Shown piece by piece: positions 1-8,573 of a stretch of DNA of 64,000 bases. Each line of letters begins with the position of its first letter. Position 1 is the stretch's first letter. The notes beneath the pieces were generated by a model. It had not been told where the DNA came from. It saw only the letters and a program-made list of their open reading frames with translations, and searched no databases. Source of the DNA: Mycobacterium sp. (GTDB lineage: Bacteria; Actinomycetota; Actinomycetes; Mycobacteriales; Mycobacteriaceae). Made by a program: the position numbers and the translations under genes. The stretch is taken from the NCBI GenBank assembly GCA_026393245.1, contig JAPLAO010000133.1, forward strand, positions 642-64,641, in the 5' to 3' direction.

Positions 1-585
1 CAGACGGCACTGGACAGGTCTGTTCAACACTACGACGTCATGCACCGGGACAATGATCTTCGTTACCTGCTGGCCTATGCCGCTGTGTTGGAAGGGACGT
101 TCACCCCGTTCTTCAAGATGATCATCGACAACCGGGAGAGTCTGTTCGGCGATGGGGACGCCCGAGTCGCCTCGTTGTGCCTGTGGCACTTTTGTGAAGA
201 GGTCGAGCACCGCAGTTCCGCGGTGATGGTCTACGACCACGTGGTCGGCGACCCGATGTACAAGGTGCGCTCATTTGTGCCGATGGTGCGTCACGTCAGC
301 CGGGGATTCCAGATGCTGCTGCGGGAGTTCCGCAGCCAGGTGCCGGGAGAATCCAATGCGCCTTATTACGGATCACTTATGACCCGAAAATTGGCGATAC
401 TTCCGGGCAATCCCTTCGTCAGTGTGCCAGGCCGCCAACGACTCTCGATGCTCCGTGGTGTCGTTGCGTCCGTCATGCCCGGTTACGACCACGACAATCA
501 GCCGCTTCCCGAGTGGGCCGCGACGTGGTTCGAACACTGGGAGCGCGGTGAGGACATGACGATGTTCTACGGCCGGCTTCCGTAG
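1..585 (+). CDS. Predicted metal-dependent hydrolase, 5'-truncated by window edge
   Basis: Frame open from base 1; HFCEEVEHRS (HxxEExEH) motif typical of the mycobacterial metal-dependent hydrolase family. Confidence 0.75.
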   Translation, partial: QTALDRSVQHYDVMHRDNDLRYLLAYAAVLEGTFTPFFKMIIDNRESLFGDGDARVASLCLWHFCEEVEHRSSAVMVYDHVVGDPMYKVRSFVPMVRHVSRGFQMLLREFRSQVPGESNAPYYGSLMTRKLAILPGNPFVSVPGRQRLSMLRGVVASVMPGYDHDNQPLPEWAATWFEHWERGEDMTMFYGRLP

Positions 586-608
586 CGAGCCTCTGAAGAG
601 TTCTGCAT

Positions 609-655
609 AAAAAACGGCACCCGGCGCCGCGCGGATGCGCGAAAGCCGGGTGCCG
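609..655 (-). terminator. Intrinsic terminator for the minus-strand 680-940 gene
   Basis: Perfect 11-bp stem cggcacccggc (615-625) / gccgggtgccg (645-655) next to A6 at 609-614 (U6 on minus strand). Confidence 0.8.
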
Positions 656-679
656 ATGATGCTGTGTAGGCAGTGGAGC

Positions 680-940
680 TTACTTGCGGCCCTTCATGAC
701 TGCGCCAACGACCGCGGTCAGGATGGCGCCGACGACGCCGCCGCCGCCCACCGAGCCAGCGATCTGGGCGATGTCGCCACCGGAGCCCAGTACGTTGCCG
801 AGCAGGCCTCCACCCAGTGCGCCGCCGAGAGCTCCGGCGACGCTGTTACCCGCGGTGCCGAGGCTGTTCTTGGCCGCTCCGGCGGCGTTGCCGCCGATCA
901 GGCCACCGACGATGCCGAGCAGCCAGTCTAAATTACCCAT
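680..940 (-). CDS. Small glycine-zipper membrane protein (86 aa)
   Basis: ATG preceded by GGGAGG SD; hydrophobic GxxxG-rich sequence; terminator directly downstream. Confidence 0.7.
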   Translation of the reverse strand: MGNLDWLLGIVGGLIGGNAAGAAKNSLGTAGNSVAGALGGALGGGLLGNVLGSGGDIAQIAGSVGGGGVVGAILTAVVGAVMKGRK

Positions 941-1014
941 CTAATTCTTCCTCCCTTGTGGCGGCTGCTCTGACGGCAACCCGTCGAATCAGCCCTCGAT
1001 GACCGCCCGAGCGG

Positions 1015-2193
1015 CTAGTCGGGGACGGAGTCGCTCTTGTCGGCAACGCTCGAATGCTGATCTCCGACGGCGTTGTTCTCATAGGTGACCTGGACGGCCT
1101 CGGTGGCCGCAGATGATTCCTCGTACCGCACCACGGTCGACAGATCGTGATCGGTGGCCTCGGTGCGGATGGTCGCCTTCGGCGGCTCCGACAGCAGCGG
1201 CCGGGGGGCCGGCGGCGGCGTCACCGGCTTAGGGGCCGGCGGCGGCGGCGGAGCCTTGACCACCGGTGCCGGCCGGGGGGCCGGCGGCGGCGGCGGAGCC
1301 TTGACCACCGGTGCCGGCCGGGGGGCAGGCGGCGGGGTCGGCTTGACCACCGGGGCACGTTCGGCGACCTTCACCGGAACAACCTCGGCTGGCTTGCGCC
1401 GCAGTAACCAACCCAGGCCCGCGACCAAAGGAATGCCGAGCAAGAGCCACAACCAGTTGAAGCCCTTCTTCTTGACGCCAGGATCGGCGGTGACGGAGGT
1501 GGTGGGCTTGCTCATGGACGTGGTCCCTTCTGCAGTCGACGCCGTGGAGCCGAACCCGGGGATCTTGGTGGCCAGGGCGGCCGGGATGGTGACGAGTCCG
1601 GCGGCCTGCGACCACTGGATCTCAGTACCTTCGGGTCCGACGAACTTGCCGGTCTGGACGCCGTCTGCGATCGAGGTGTCGGCGCTGGGATAGCCGAACG
1701 GCCCGGTGACGGCACCGGACTGACGCCAGGCCTCAAGAACGCGGCCCTTGACCACCGATGCGCCCCACTGGGGATTCCAGTAGATGGCGGCGCCCTCGGG
1801 TGCGGAGAAGTCGTTGAAGCGACCGGCGCTGTCGCCGGTGCCGGTCTCATCGTTCGTCGGGAACCCGAGTCCACTGGTGCCGGGGCCGCCGAGGGCCTTG
1901 TAGCGGTCCAGGATCACGCCGTACATCACGTGCGCGCCGGTGTCCTTCGAGTAGAAGATGGCACCGCCCTGGTAATCGCGCTCAGCTCCGCCCGGCACGT
2001 CAACAGCCTCGCCGACCGCCGAACCGAGGAGCGAGCTCTCCCCGCCGAAGGTGCTGTAGCGGTCGTTGATGGTGGAAACCGCGTCGCTCGATGGGGCGGC
2101 GCTCACCAGCGGGGCGCTCAAGAGCGCGGAACTGGCCACGATGAACATTCCGCCGAGGGCGAGTGGGACTCGCAGCGGCACGATTCGCGTCAC
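1015..2193 (-). CDS. LGFP-repeat exported protein with TM anchor and Pro-rich tail
   Basis: GTG with AGGAG SD; N-terminal signal peptide; LGFP-type repeats (LGFPTNDE, FGYPSADT, YQGGAIFYS); TM segment WLWLLLGIPLVAGLGWLL followed by RRK; Pro-rich repeats. Confidence 0.85.
   Translation of the reverse strand: MTRIVPLRVPLALGGMFIVASSALLSAPLVSAAPSSDAVSTINDRYSTFGGESSLLGSAVGEAVDVPGGAERDYQGGAIFYSKDTGAHVMYGVILDRYKALGGPGTSGLGFPTNDETGTGDSAGRFNDFSAPEGAAIYWNPQWGASVVKGRVLEAWRQSGAVTGPFGYPSADTSIADGVQTGKFVGPEGTEIQWSQAAGLVTIPAALATKIPGFGSTASTAEGTTSMSKPTTSVTADPGVKKKGFNWLWLLLGIPLVAGLGWLLRRKPAEVVPVKVAERAPVVKPTPPPAPRPAPVVKAPPPPPAPRPAPVVKAPPPPPAPKPVTPPPAPRPLLSEPPKATIRTEATDHDLSTVVRYEESSAATEAVQVTYENNAVGDQHSSVADKSDSVPD
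1232..1325. repeat. 45-bp tandem duplication encoding PAPRPAPVVKAPPPP x2
   Basis: Direct repeat read in sequence and translation. Confidence 0.8.
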
Positions 2194-2327
2194 AACAATC
2201 TCCTAATTTGGTTCGATTTATCAGAGGTATTCGGTGGGGATTCTTGCAGTGGAGCTACGGAGGTGGGATGACGCCGGGGCGGGAGGGGGGTTCGACCGCC
2301 CCGGCGTCATGCCCGTACGTGCAGCCG

Positions 2328-4427
2328 TCAGCGACGGTGCCGGGGATCGTCGGACTTCGGATCCACGACATAGGACTCGCTGGCCCGGAACACCGTCGAC
2401 TCATCGCCGACGATGTCATCGTCGGGATGCTCACCGGTGGTGCGCTCGACCCACTCGACCTCGCGGGCCTCGCGGTCGACGAACGTGGCCTTGACCTCGG
2501 AGGCCTTGCCCACGGACCGCCGGCTGACGGTGACCTCGTCCGCGCCGTGTTCGACGACACGCTCGACCTGCCGCTCGACGTACTTGTGGACGATCACCGG
2601 CTTCTCGACGACGATCTCGACGATCCGCTCTACCGGCTTCTCGACGATCCTCTCGACCTCGACGTACACCGGCTTCTCGACAATCTTCTCGACCCGGGTC
2701 TCCACCGGCCGCTCAACGATCCGCTCGTTGACGTACTCGACCTCGCGCTCGATCAGCTTCTCCACCAGCACCGGGTTGGTGACGGTCTTCTCGATGATCT
2801 TCTCCGCCGGCCGGTCGATGACCTTCTCGATGATCTTCGGCCGCTCGACGATCTTCTCGACGATGCGGTCGACGGGCTTGTCGATGACCTTCTCGATGAC
2901 GTTGACCTTCTCGACGATCTTTTCGACGATGCGGTCGACGGGCTTGTCGATGATCTTCTCGATGATGTTGGGCTTCTCGACGATCTTTTCGACGACCCGG
3001 TCCACTGCCCGCTCCAGCACCTTCTCAACGATGTTGGGCTTCTCGACGATCTTTTCGACGATGCGGTCGACGGGCTTCTCGATGATCTTCTCGATGATGT
3101 TGGGCTTCTCGACGATCTTTTCGACGATGCGGTCGACTGGCTTGTCGATGACGCGCTCGATGACGTTGACCTTCTCGACGATCTTTTCGACGATGCGGTC
3201 GACGGGCTTCTCGACGGTGCGCTCAACCACGCTGGGCTTCTCGACGACTTTCTCGACGACGCGGTCGACGGGCTTCTCGATGACCTTCTCGATCACGTTG
3301 ACCTTCTCGACGACCTTCTCGACGATCCGGTCGACGGGCTTGTCGACGACGCGCTCGATGATGTTGGGCTTCTCGACGATCTTCTCGACGATGCGGTCGA
3401 CGGGCTTCTCGACGACGCGCTCCACGATCTGCTCGACAACGACCTCGACGATCCTCTCCACGACCTTGACGACCGGCTTCTCGACGGTGATCTCGACGAT
3501 CCTCTCGACCGGCTTCTCCACGGTCTTGTAGACGATCTTCTCGACCGGGATCTCGATGATCTTCTCGACGATCTTCTCGACCGGAACCTCGACCACCTTG
3601 GTGATGATCTTGTCGACCGGCTTCTCGACGACGCGCTCGACGAGTCGCTGGACCTGTACCTCGACGACCTTGTCGACGATGGTGACCACCGGCTGCTCGA
3701 TCAGGCGCTGGACAGTGACGGCCTTGTCGACGACGTTGTCCTGAACCTCGACGAGGAGTCGCTCCACCAGACGCTGTACGTCGACCGACCGATCGACGAC
3801 CTTGTCGACGATCGACACCACCAGCTTCTCGACCAGCCGCTGGATCTCGATCGGCTTATCGGTGATCTTGTCGATGATGTTCACGACGGGGCGCTCGACG
3901 AGGCGTTGGACCTGCACCGGCTTGTCGGTGATCGTGTCCTGCACGGTGACGACCGGGCGTTCGATGGACCGGCTGACCTTGACCGGCTTGTCGACGACCT
4001 GGTCGACCACGGTGACGACCGGGCGTTCGATGGACCGGCTGATCTTCAGCGGCTTGTCGACGACCTGGTCGACCACGGTGACGACCGGGCGCTCGATGAG
4101 GCGGTTGACAGTGACCGCCTTGTCGACGACTCGGTCCTCGACGGTCACGACCGGCCGCTCCAACTGGCGTTGCACCTTGACCGCCTTGTCGACGACCTCA
4201 TCGACCACCGTCACCACGGGGCGCTCGACCAGGCGGGACACCTGGACCGGCTTGTCGACCACCTTATCGACGGTGTCGACGACGAGACGTTCAATGATCC
4301 GCTCGAGCGTCACCGCTTTGTCGACGATCTTCTCTACGGGCCGCTCTACCAGGCGTTGCACCGTATAGGGCTTGTCGACGAAGTTCTCGACGATGTTGAG
4401 GGGTTGGTTGAGATTGTTGTCAGCCAC
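2328..4427 (-). CDS. Val/Ile/Glu/Lys/Pro-rich repeat protein (~699 aa), alveolin/articulin-like composition
   Basis: GTG at 4427 preceded by AAGGGAGA SD; uninterrupted ORF using GC3-rich codons (GTC, GAG, AAG, ATC); two blocks of 22-aa repeats; function unknown. Confidence 0.85.
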   Translation of the reverse strand: MADNNLNQPLNIVENFVDKPYTVQRLVERPVEKIVDKAVTLERIIERLVVDTVDKVVDKPVQVSRLVERPVVTVVDEVVDKAVKVQRQLERPVVTVEDRVVDKAVTVNRLIERPVVTVVDQVVDKPLKISRSIERPVVTVVDQVVDKPVKVSRSIERPVVTVQDTITDKPVQVQRLVERPVVNIIDKITDKPIEIQRLVEKLVVSIVDKVVDRSVDVQRLVERLLVEVQDNVVDKAVTVQRLIEQPVVTIVDKVVEVQVQRLVERVVEKPVDKIITKVVEVPVEKIVEKIIEIPVEKIVYKTVEKPVERIVEITVEKPVVKVVERIVEVVVEQIVERVVEKPVDRIVEKIVEKPNIIERVVDKPVDRIVEKVVEKVNVIEKVIEKPVDRVVEKVVEKPSVVERTVEKPVDRIVEKIVEKVNVIERVIDKPVDRIVEKIVEKPNIIEKIIEKPVDRIVEKIVEKPNIVEKVLERAVDRVVEKIVEKPNIIEKIIDKPVDRIVEKIVEKVNVIEKVIDKPVDRIVEKIVERPKIIEKVIDRPAEKIIEKTVTNPVLVEKLIEREVEYVNERIVERPVETRVEKIVEKPVYVEVERIVEKPVERIVEIVVEKPVIVHKYVERQVERVVEHGADEVTVSRRSVGKASEVKATFVDREAREVEWVERTTGEHPDDDIVGDESTVFRASESYVVDPKSDDPRHRR

Positions 4428-4848
4428 AGGGTTCTCCCTTTCGCGCGTCCGGACCAGGCGGAGCGACCGTATCAGGGTCAACGGCGATTCCGCTAAGTAA
4501 TCGAAACGTTGCTGTAATCGCACGTCGATGACGCGAAACAGTCCGCAGCAGCGATCCGAAGCAAGCCAGGTCGTTTTTTGTGTTCGAGTTAGATTCTTGA
4601 AGCTAGTCCCACGATTATTTGCCTTGCAAGGTTTTCGCAAAAGTTCTCCGGAACGACCTCTGCCGTTTACCAGGCGAGGCGCGCAGGTGGTCGCCACCGC
4701 GGGTGTTCTCCCCCGATAGGGCCACGGTTTCCGATCACGACGACCCGAATTGACGGCCGGCGCCGGGCCAGCCCTGCACCTGCCCGGGTTGGAACAGCAG
4801 GGCAGTCGTCGCCGATCTAATGGCGCTGGCGGTACCGGTGGGCCCCCG

Positions 4849-5637
4849 CTAGTCCGCGCCGAGCAGTCGCCGCATCAGTCGATGGGCGCCGGCCACCACC
4901 TTGGCGCGGTCGGGATCGTTTCGCCCCGCGAGGTCCTCGGCGTTGCCGCCGGCGATCCACACCGGACCATTTCCTAACTGCGCCAGACCTTCTCGGGCCA
5001 CGTCCGCGGGTTCGGCGACGCGCAGACCCGGCACGTCGAAGTTCAATCCAGCCCGCTCCATCGCCGGGGTTCGGGTGACGCCTAGAACGAGTTCCAGGAC
5101 GTCGACATTGTGCTCGCGCAGCTCCAACCAGAGACCTTCGGCGAAGATCCGCCCGAATGCCTTCACCCCGCCGTACACGGTGTGCCGGGCCGAACCCAGA
5201 TAGCCGGCCATCGAGCCCACGAGCACAATTCCGCCGCGGCGACGCTCACGCATCGGACGGGCGTAATGCTGGACCAGCGCCATCATGGTGGTGACATTCA
5301 CGTCGATGACCTGCTGGAAAGCGGAGAGGTCGGCGTCCAGGAACTCCGCACTGGCCGTGTTCGCGCCGGCGTTGTAGACCAGCAACCCGATTTCCAGGTC
5401 GTCGGTGAATGAAGTGACCGCCTCCACTGCGCCGCTTTCCGCGAGATCGGTTGGCAGAGTGCGTACTTCGACTCCGCGGTGGCGGCATTCCCGTGCTGTG
5501 GATTCCAGTGGTCCGGGGTTGCGAGCAAATAGGGCGAGGTTGATCCCGGCATCGGCCAACTGCAATGCGAACTCGGCGCCCACTCCTTCCGACCCGCCGG
5601 CCACCACGGCCCATGGCCCGTATTTCGCAAGCGACAC
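4849..5637 (-). CDS. Short-chain dehydrogenase/reductase
   Basis: KYGPWAVVAGGSEGVG nucleotide-binding motif, YNAG, YGGVK catalytic YxxxK; start placed at GTG 5637. Confidence 0.9.
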   Translation of the reverse strand: MSLAKYGPWAVVAGGSEGVGAEFALQLADAGINLALFARNPGPLESTARECRHRGVEVRTLPTDLAESGAVEAVTSFTDDLEIGLLVYNAGANTASAEFLDADLSAFQQVIDVNVTTMMALVQHYARPMRERRRGGIVLVGSMAGYLGSARHTVYGGVKAFGRIFAEGLWLELREHNVDVLELVLGVTRTPAMERAGLNFDVPGLRVAEPADVAREGLAQLGNGPVWIAGGNAEDLAGRNDPDRAKVVAGAHRLMRRLLGAD

Positions 5638-5732
5638 CCGTTGATCATCCCGCACATTGGTCGCCGCGGAGATCGCCTGCCGGGTGGTGGTTGCGGGCGT
5701 CTGCTGGATTTGGCGCGTGGTAAGCCTGATCG

Positions 5733-7076
5733 GTGTCTGACAGCCTGTTTGACCTTCCCGGCGACCCCGGGTGGGCGGCCGCGACGACGTCGGCGTCGGC
5801 ACCTTTGGCGGTCCGGATGCGCCCGGCTGCGCTCGAGGAGGTGGTGGGCCAGGCACATCTGCTGGGGCCCGGGTCGCCGTTGCGTCGACTCATCGAAGGC
5901 ACCGGCGCCGCGTCGGTGATCCTCTACGGCCCGCCTGGCACCGGTAAGACCACCCTGGCCTCGCTGATCTCGCACGCGACCGGGCGCCGATTTGAGGCGC
6001 TGTCGGCGCTGACTGCCGGGGTCAAGGAGGTCCGGGCGGTCGTCGATACCGCCCGCACGGCACTGATCCGCGGTGAGCAGACGGTGTTGTTCATCGACGA
6101 GGTCCACCGGTTTTCCAAAACCCAGCAGGACGCCCTGCTGGCCGCGGTTGAGAACCGGGTGGTGCTGTTGGTGGCCGCGACCACCGAGAACCCGTCGTTC
6201 TCGGTGGTCGCGCCACTGCTGTCCCGCTCGCTGATCCTGCAACTGCATCCGCTGACGCCGGACGATATCCGCGCCGTGGTGCGCCGAGCGGTCGCCGATC
6301 CGCGCGGACTGGGCGGCGCGGTGGCCGTTGCGGACGACGCGGTGGAACTACTGGTCAAACTTGCCGCCGGCGATGCCCGCCGGGCGCTGACGGCGCTGGA
6401 GGTCGCCGCGGAGACGGCGGCGGCGGCCGGGGACGCCGTCACAGTCGTGACCGTTGAACAGTCACTGGACCAGGCGGCGGTGCGTTATGACCGCGACGGT
6501 GACCAGCACTACGACGTGATCAGTGCGTTCATCAAGAGTATGCGCGGGTCCGACGTCGATGCGGCACTGCATTACCTGGCCCGGATGCTGGTGGCCGGTG
6601 AGGATCCCCGGTTTCTGGCGCGACGGCTGGTGATCCTCGCCAGCGAGGACATCGGAATGGCCGATCCAACCGCGTTACTCATCGCGGTCGCGGCGGCACA
6701 GACCGTTGCGCTGATCGGAATGCCGGAAGCTCAGTTGACCCTGGCTCACGCCACCGTGTACCTGGCGACTGCGCCGAAGTCGAATGCGGTCACCACGGCA
6801 CTGGGCGCGGCGATGGGCGATATCCGGGCGGGCAAAGCCGGTTTGGTGCCTGCCCACCTTCGGGACGGGCATTATCCGAGTGCGGCCCAACTCGGTAATG
6901 CGCAGGACTATCGATATCCGCATGATGACCCGGATGGTGTTGTGGCACAACAGTATCCGCCGGATGAGATATCCGATGTCGACTACTACCTGCCGACCAC
7001 GCATGGTGCTGAGCGGGAGATCGCCGGCCGGTTGGAGAAAGACTCTTCGTTGCCCATCAGAACCCGAAGCTTCTGA
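5733..7076 (+). CDS. rarA: Replication-associated recombination protein A (MgsA/RarA AAA+ ATPase)
   Basis: [55 protein letters not shown]. Confidence 0.95.
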   Translation: MSDSLFDLPGDPGWAAATTSASAPLAVRMRPAALEEVVGQAHLLGPGSPLRRLIEGTGAASVILYGPPGTGKTTLASLISHATGRRFEALSALTAGVKEVRAVVDTARTALIRGEQTVLFIDEVHRFSKTQQDALLAAVENRVVLLVAATTENPSFSVVAPLLSRSLILQLHPLTPDDIRAVVRRAVADPRGLGGAVAVADDAVELLVKLAAGDARRALTALEVAAETAAAAGDAVTVVTVEQSLDQAAVRYDRDGDQHYDVISAFIKSMRGSDVDAALHYLARMLVAGEDPRFLARRLVILASEDIGMADPTALLIAVAAAQTVALIGMPEAQLTLAHATVYLATAPKSNAVTTALGAAMGDIRAGKAGLVPAHLRDGHYPSAAQLGNAQDYRYPHDDPDGVVAQQYPPDEISDVDYYLPTTHGAEREIAGRLEKDSSLPIRTRSF

Positions 7077-7755
7077 ACACCCAGTCGAAGAACAGAACTT
7101 CAGTCACGTAGATCAGCAGCAGAAGCGCGACGCCGCGGACGGTCTGCGCCGTGGAGGCCGCCGGGTCCAACCACCAGCTCAGAAGTCGCGTCACGATGGG
7201 CATCAGCACCCAGGTCAGCAGAACAGTACCGACGGCGTTTCCGACGAACACGACGACCGGGAATGGCAGCCCGAGGCCGGGAACGACCTGGCTGCCCTCC
7301 ACACTGAGCCCCTTGCCGATGAAGTTCCCCAGGGTGATGTTGAGGACCGACACCATCGCGTACAGCACGGCGAGGGCCGTCATCGCCTGCTTCCAGGCCG
7401 GTGCCCCAGTCGGGTCGCGACCGCTCCGGGAGGACCACTGAGCAAAGCCGGCCGGGAGCACCCAGTCGTGGTCATCGGCCACCCGATGAATCCGGCCCAG
7501 GAGTTCGGCGCGCTCCGGCGACGTTCGCCACCGCTGTAGATCGGTGTTCGATTCGAAGGCGAGTACCACAGTCCAGGTCGGGTCCCCCGGTACCGGCGGG
7601 ACGGCTTCGACGCCTACGAAGCCGGGGAACTCGGCGGCCCCGGCGTCCAACGCTGCGCGCAACGACACATACGCCTTCTCATCGCCCGGAGCGACGGTCG
7701 CCTTAACAACTTCGAAAGCGTGCGACCCGCCATCCGCGACCGTACGGTTCGCCAT
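7057..7755 (-). CDS. Antibiotic-biosynthesis-monooxygenase-like domain fused to membrane domain
   Basis: ATG with AAGGAG SD; FPGFVG...F.S..DLQRW..SPER ABM pattern, then PAWKQA and several TM helices. Confidence 0.8.
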   Translation of the reverse strand: MANRTVADGGSHAFEVVKATVAPGDEKAYVSLRAALDAGAAEFPGFVGVEAVPPVPGDPTWTVVLAFESNTDLQRWRTSPERAELLGRIHRVADDHDWVLPAGFAQWSSRSGRDPTGAPAWKQAMTALAVLYAMVSVLNITLGNFIGKGLSVEGSQVVPGLGLPFPVVVFVGNAVGTVLLTWVLMPIVTRLLSWWLDPAASTAQTVRGVALLLLIYVTEVLFFDWVFRSFGF

Positions 7756-7831
7756 CGGGACTCCTTGAAGTTGCACCCCTTGCCGGCGCTTCAACTCCGC
7801 CGATTCGATCGAGCGGTAGTTCCGCGACCGA

Positions 7832-8398
7832 TCAGTAGTAGTGCCGGTTCGGCCGGGACTCCCACGCGTCGTAGGCGCTCTTGGCCAGGTCAGGCCGGAA
7901 CTGTTCGATGCGCATCTTCCGCTCGCTGTAGGGCCGGGCGAAGTCCTGGTACTGGAATTCGTCGTCGAACCCGATGCGGCTGGTTGCGGCGAGGTCGTTG
8001 GCGAAATGGACCGCATCGAGACGCGCCCAGTAAATGGCGCTCATACACATGGGGCATGGTGCCGCACTGATGTAAATCTCATGGCCCATCAGCATCTTTG
8101 CGCGCTGCGGCACCTTGTCAGGGGACCCCTCCGGCCGCGGAACGAACTCCAGCAGGGATTCATTGACATGATCGACGGAAATCGACGGCGCCTCCGGAAT
8201 GAGCCCGGCACAGGCCTTACGGATCGTCTCGACCTCCGCGTGGGCGGTGATGTCCCCGGTCAACAGAACACGATTCTGGCCGCGGGCGACGATCTCACCA
8301 TCTTTGACGATCACGGCTCCGAAGGGGCCGCCCCAGCCGTTGACAACCGACTCCTCGGCAAGCCGGCAGGCTTCCGCCATAAGTTGTTCCGGTGTCAT
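7832..8398 (-). CDS. Zn-dependent nucleoside/nucleobase deaminase, guanine deaminase-like
   Basis: GGPFGAVIV, HAE and PCPMCMSAIYWA motifs; GFDD motif as in GuaD-type enzymes. Confidence 0.85.
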   Translation of the reverse strand: MTPEQLMAEACRLAEESVVNGWGGPFGAVIVKDGEIVARGQNRVLLTGDITAHAEVETIRKACAGLIPEAPSISVDHVNESLLEFVPRPEGSPDKVPQRAKMLMGHEIYISAAPCPMCMSAIYWARLDAVHFANDLAATSRIGFDDEFQYQDFARPYSERKMRIEQFRPDLAKSAYDAWESRPNRHYY

Positions 8399-8573
8399 CG
8401 GGCACTCCCTAGCGCCTTGGCCAACGCGGTGATGGGCACCACAGTAATGCAGGCCGGGAACCTTGGCAGTGCGAGTTGCTGATCGTTGGCGACTGGAAGC
8501 GACCGGTACTCTAGGGCGGTCGAAGCTCTGGGACCAGCGCCAGGCCTGACCCCGAATACAAGGACTCCCACCC

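Noticed and set aside
2163-4496. 777-aa plus-strand Asp/Leu-rich ORF and 372-aa Ser/Thr ORF opposite the repeat gene
   Set aside because: Shadow frames: the GTC/GAG/AAG/ATC codons of the minus-strand gene give stop-free antisense frames; no SD, whereas the minus gene has a clear SD
4428-4697. 90-aa N-terminal extension of the repeat protein in the ORF track
   Set aside because: Runs through AT-rich promoter-like DNA with atypical composition; the SD-supported GTG is at 4427
8399-8573. Possible purine riboswitch or T-box between the deaminase and alaS
   Set aside because: No purine-riboswitch core or T-box UGGNACC motif recognised on either strand
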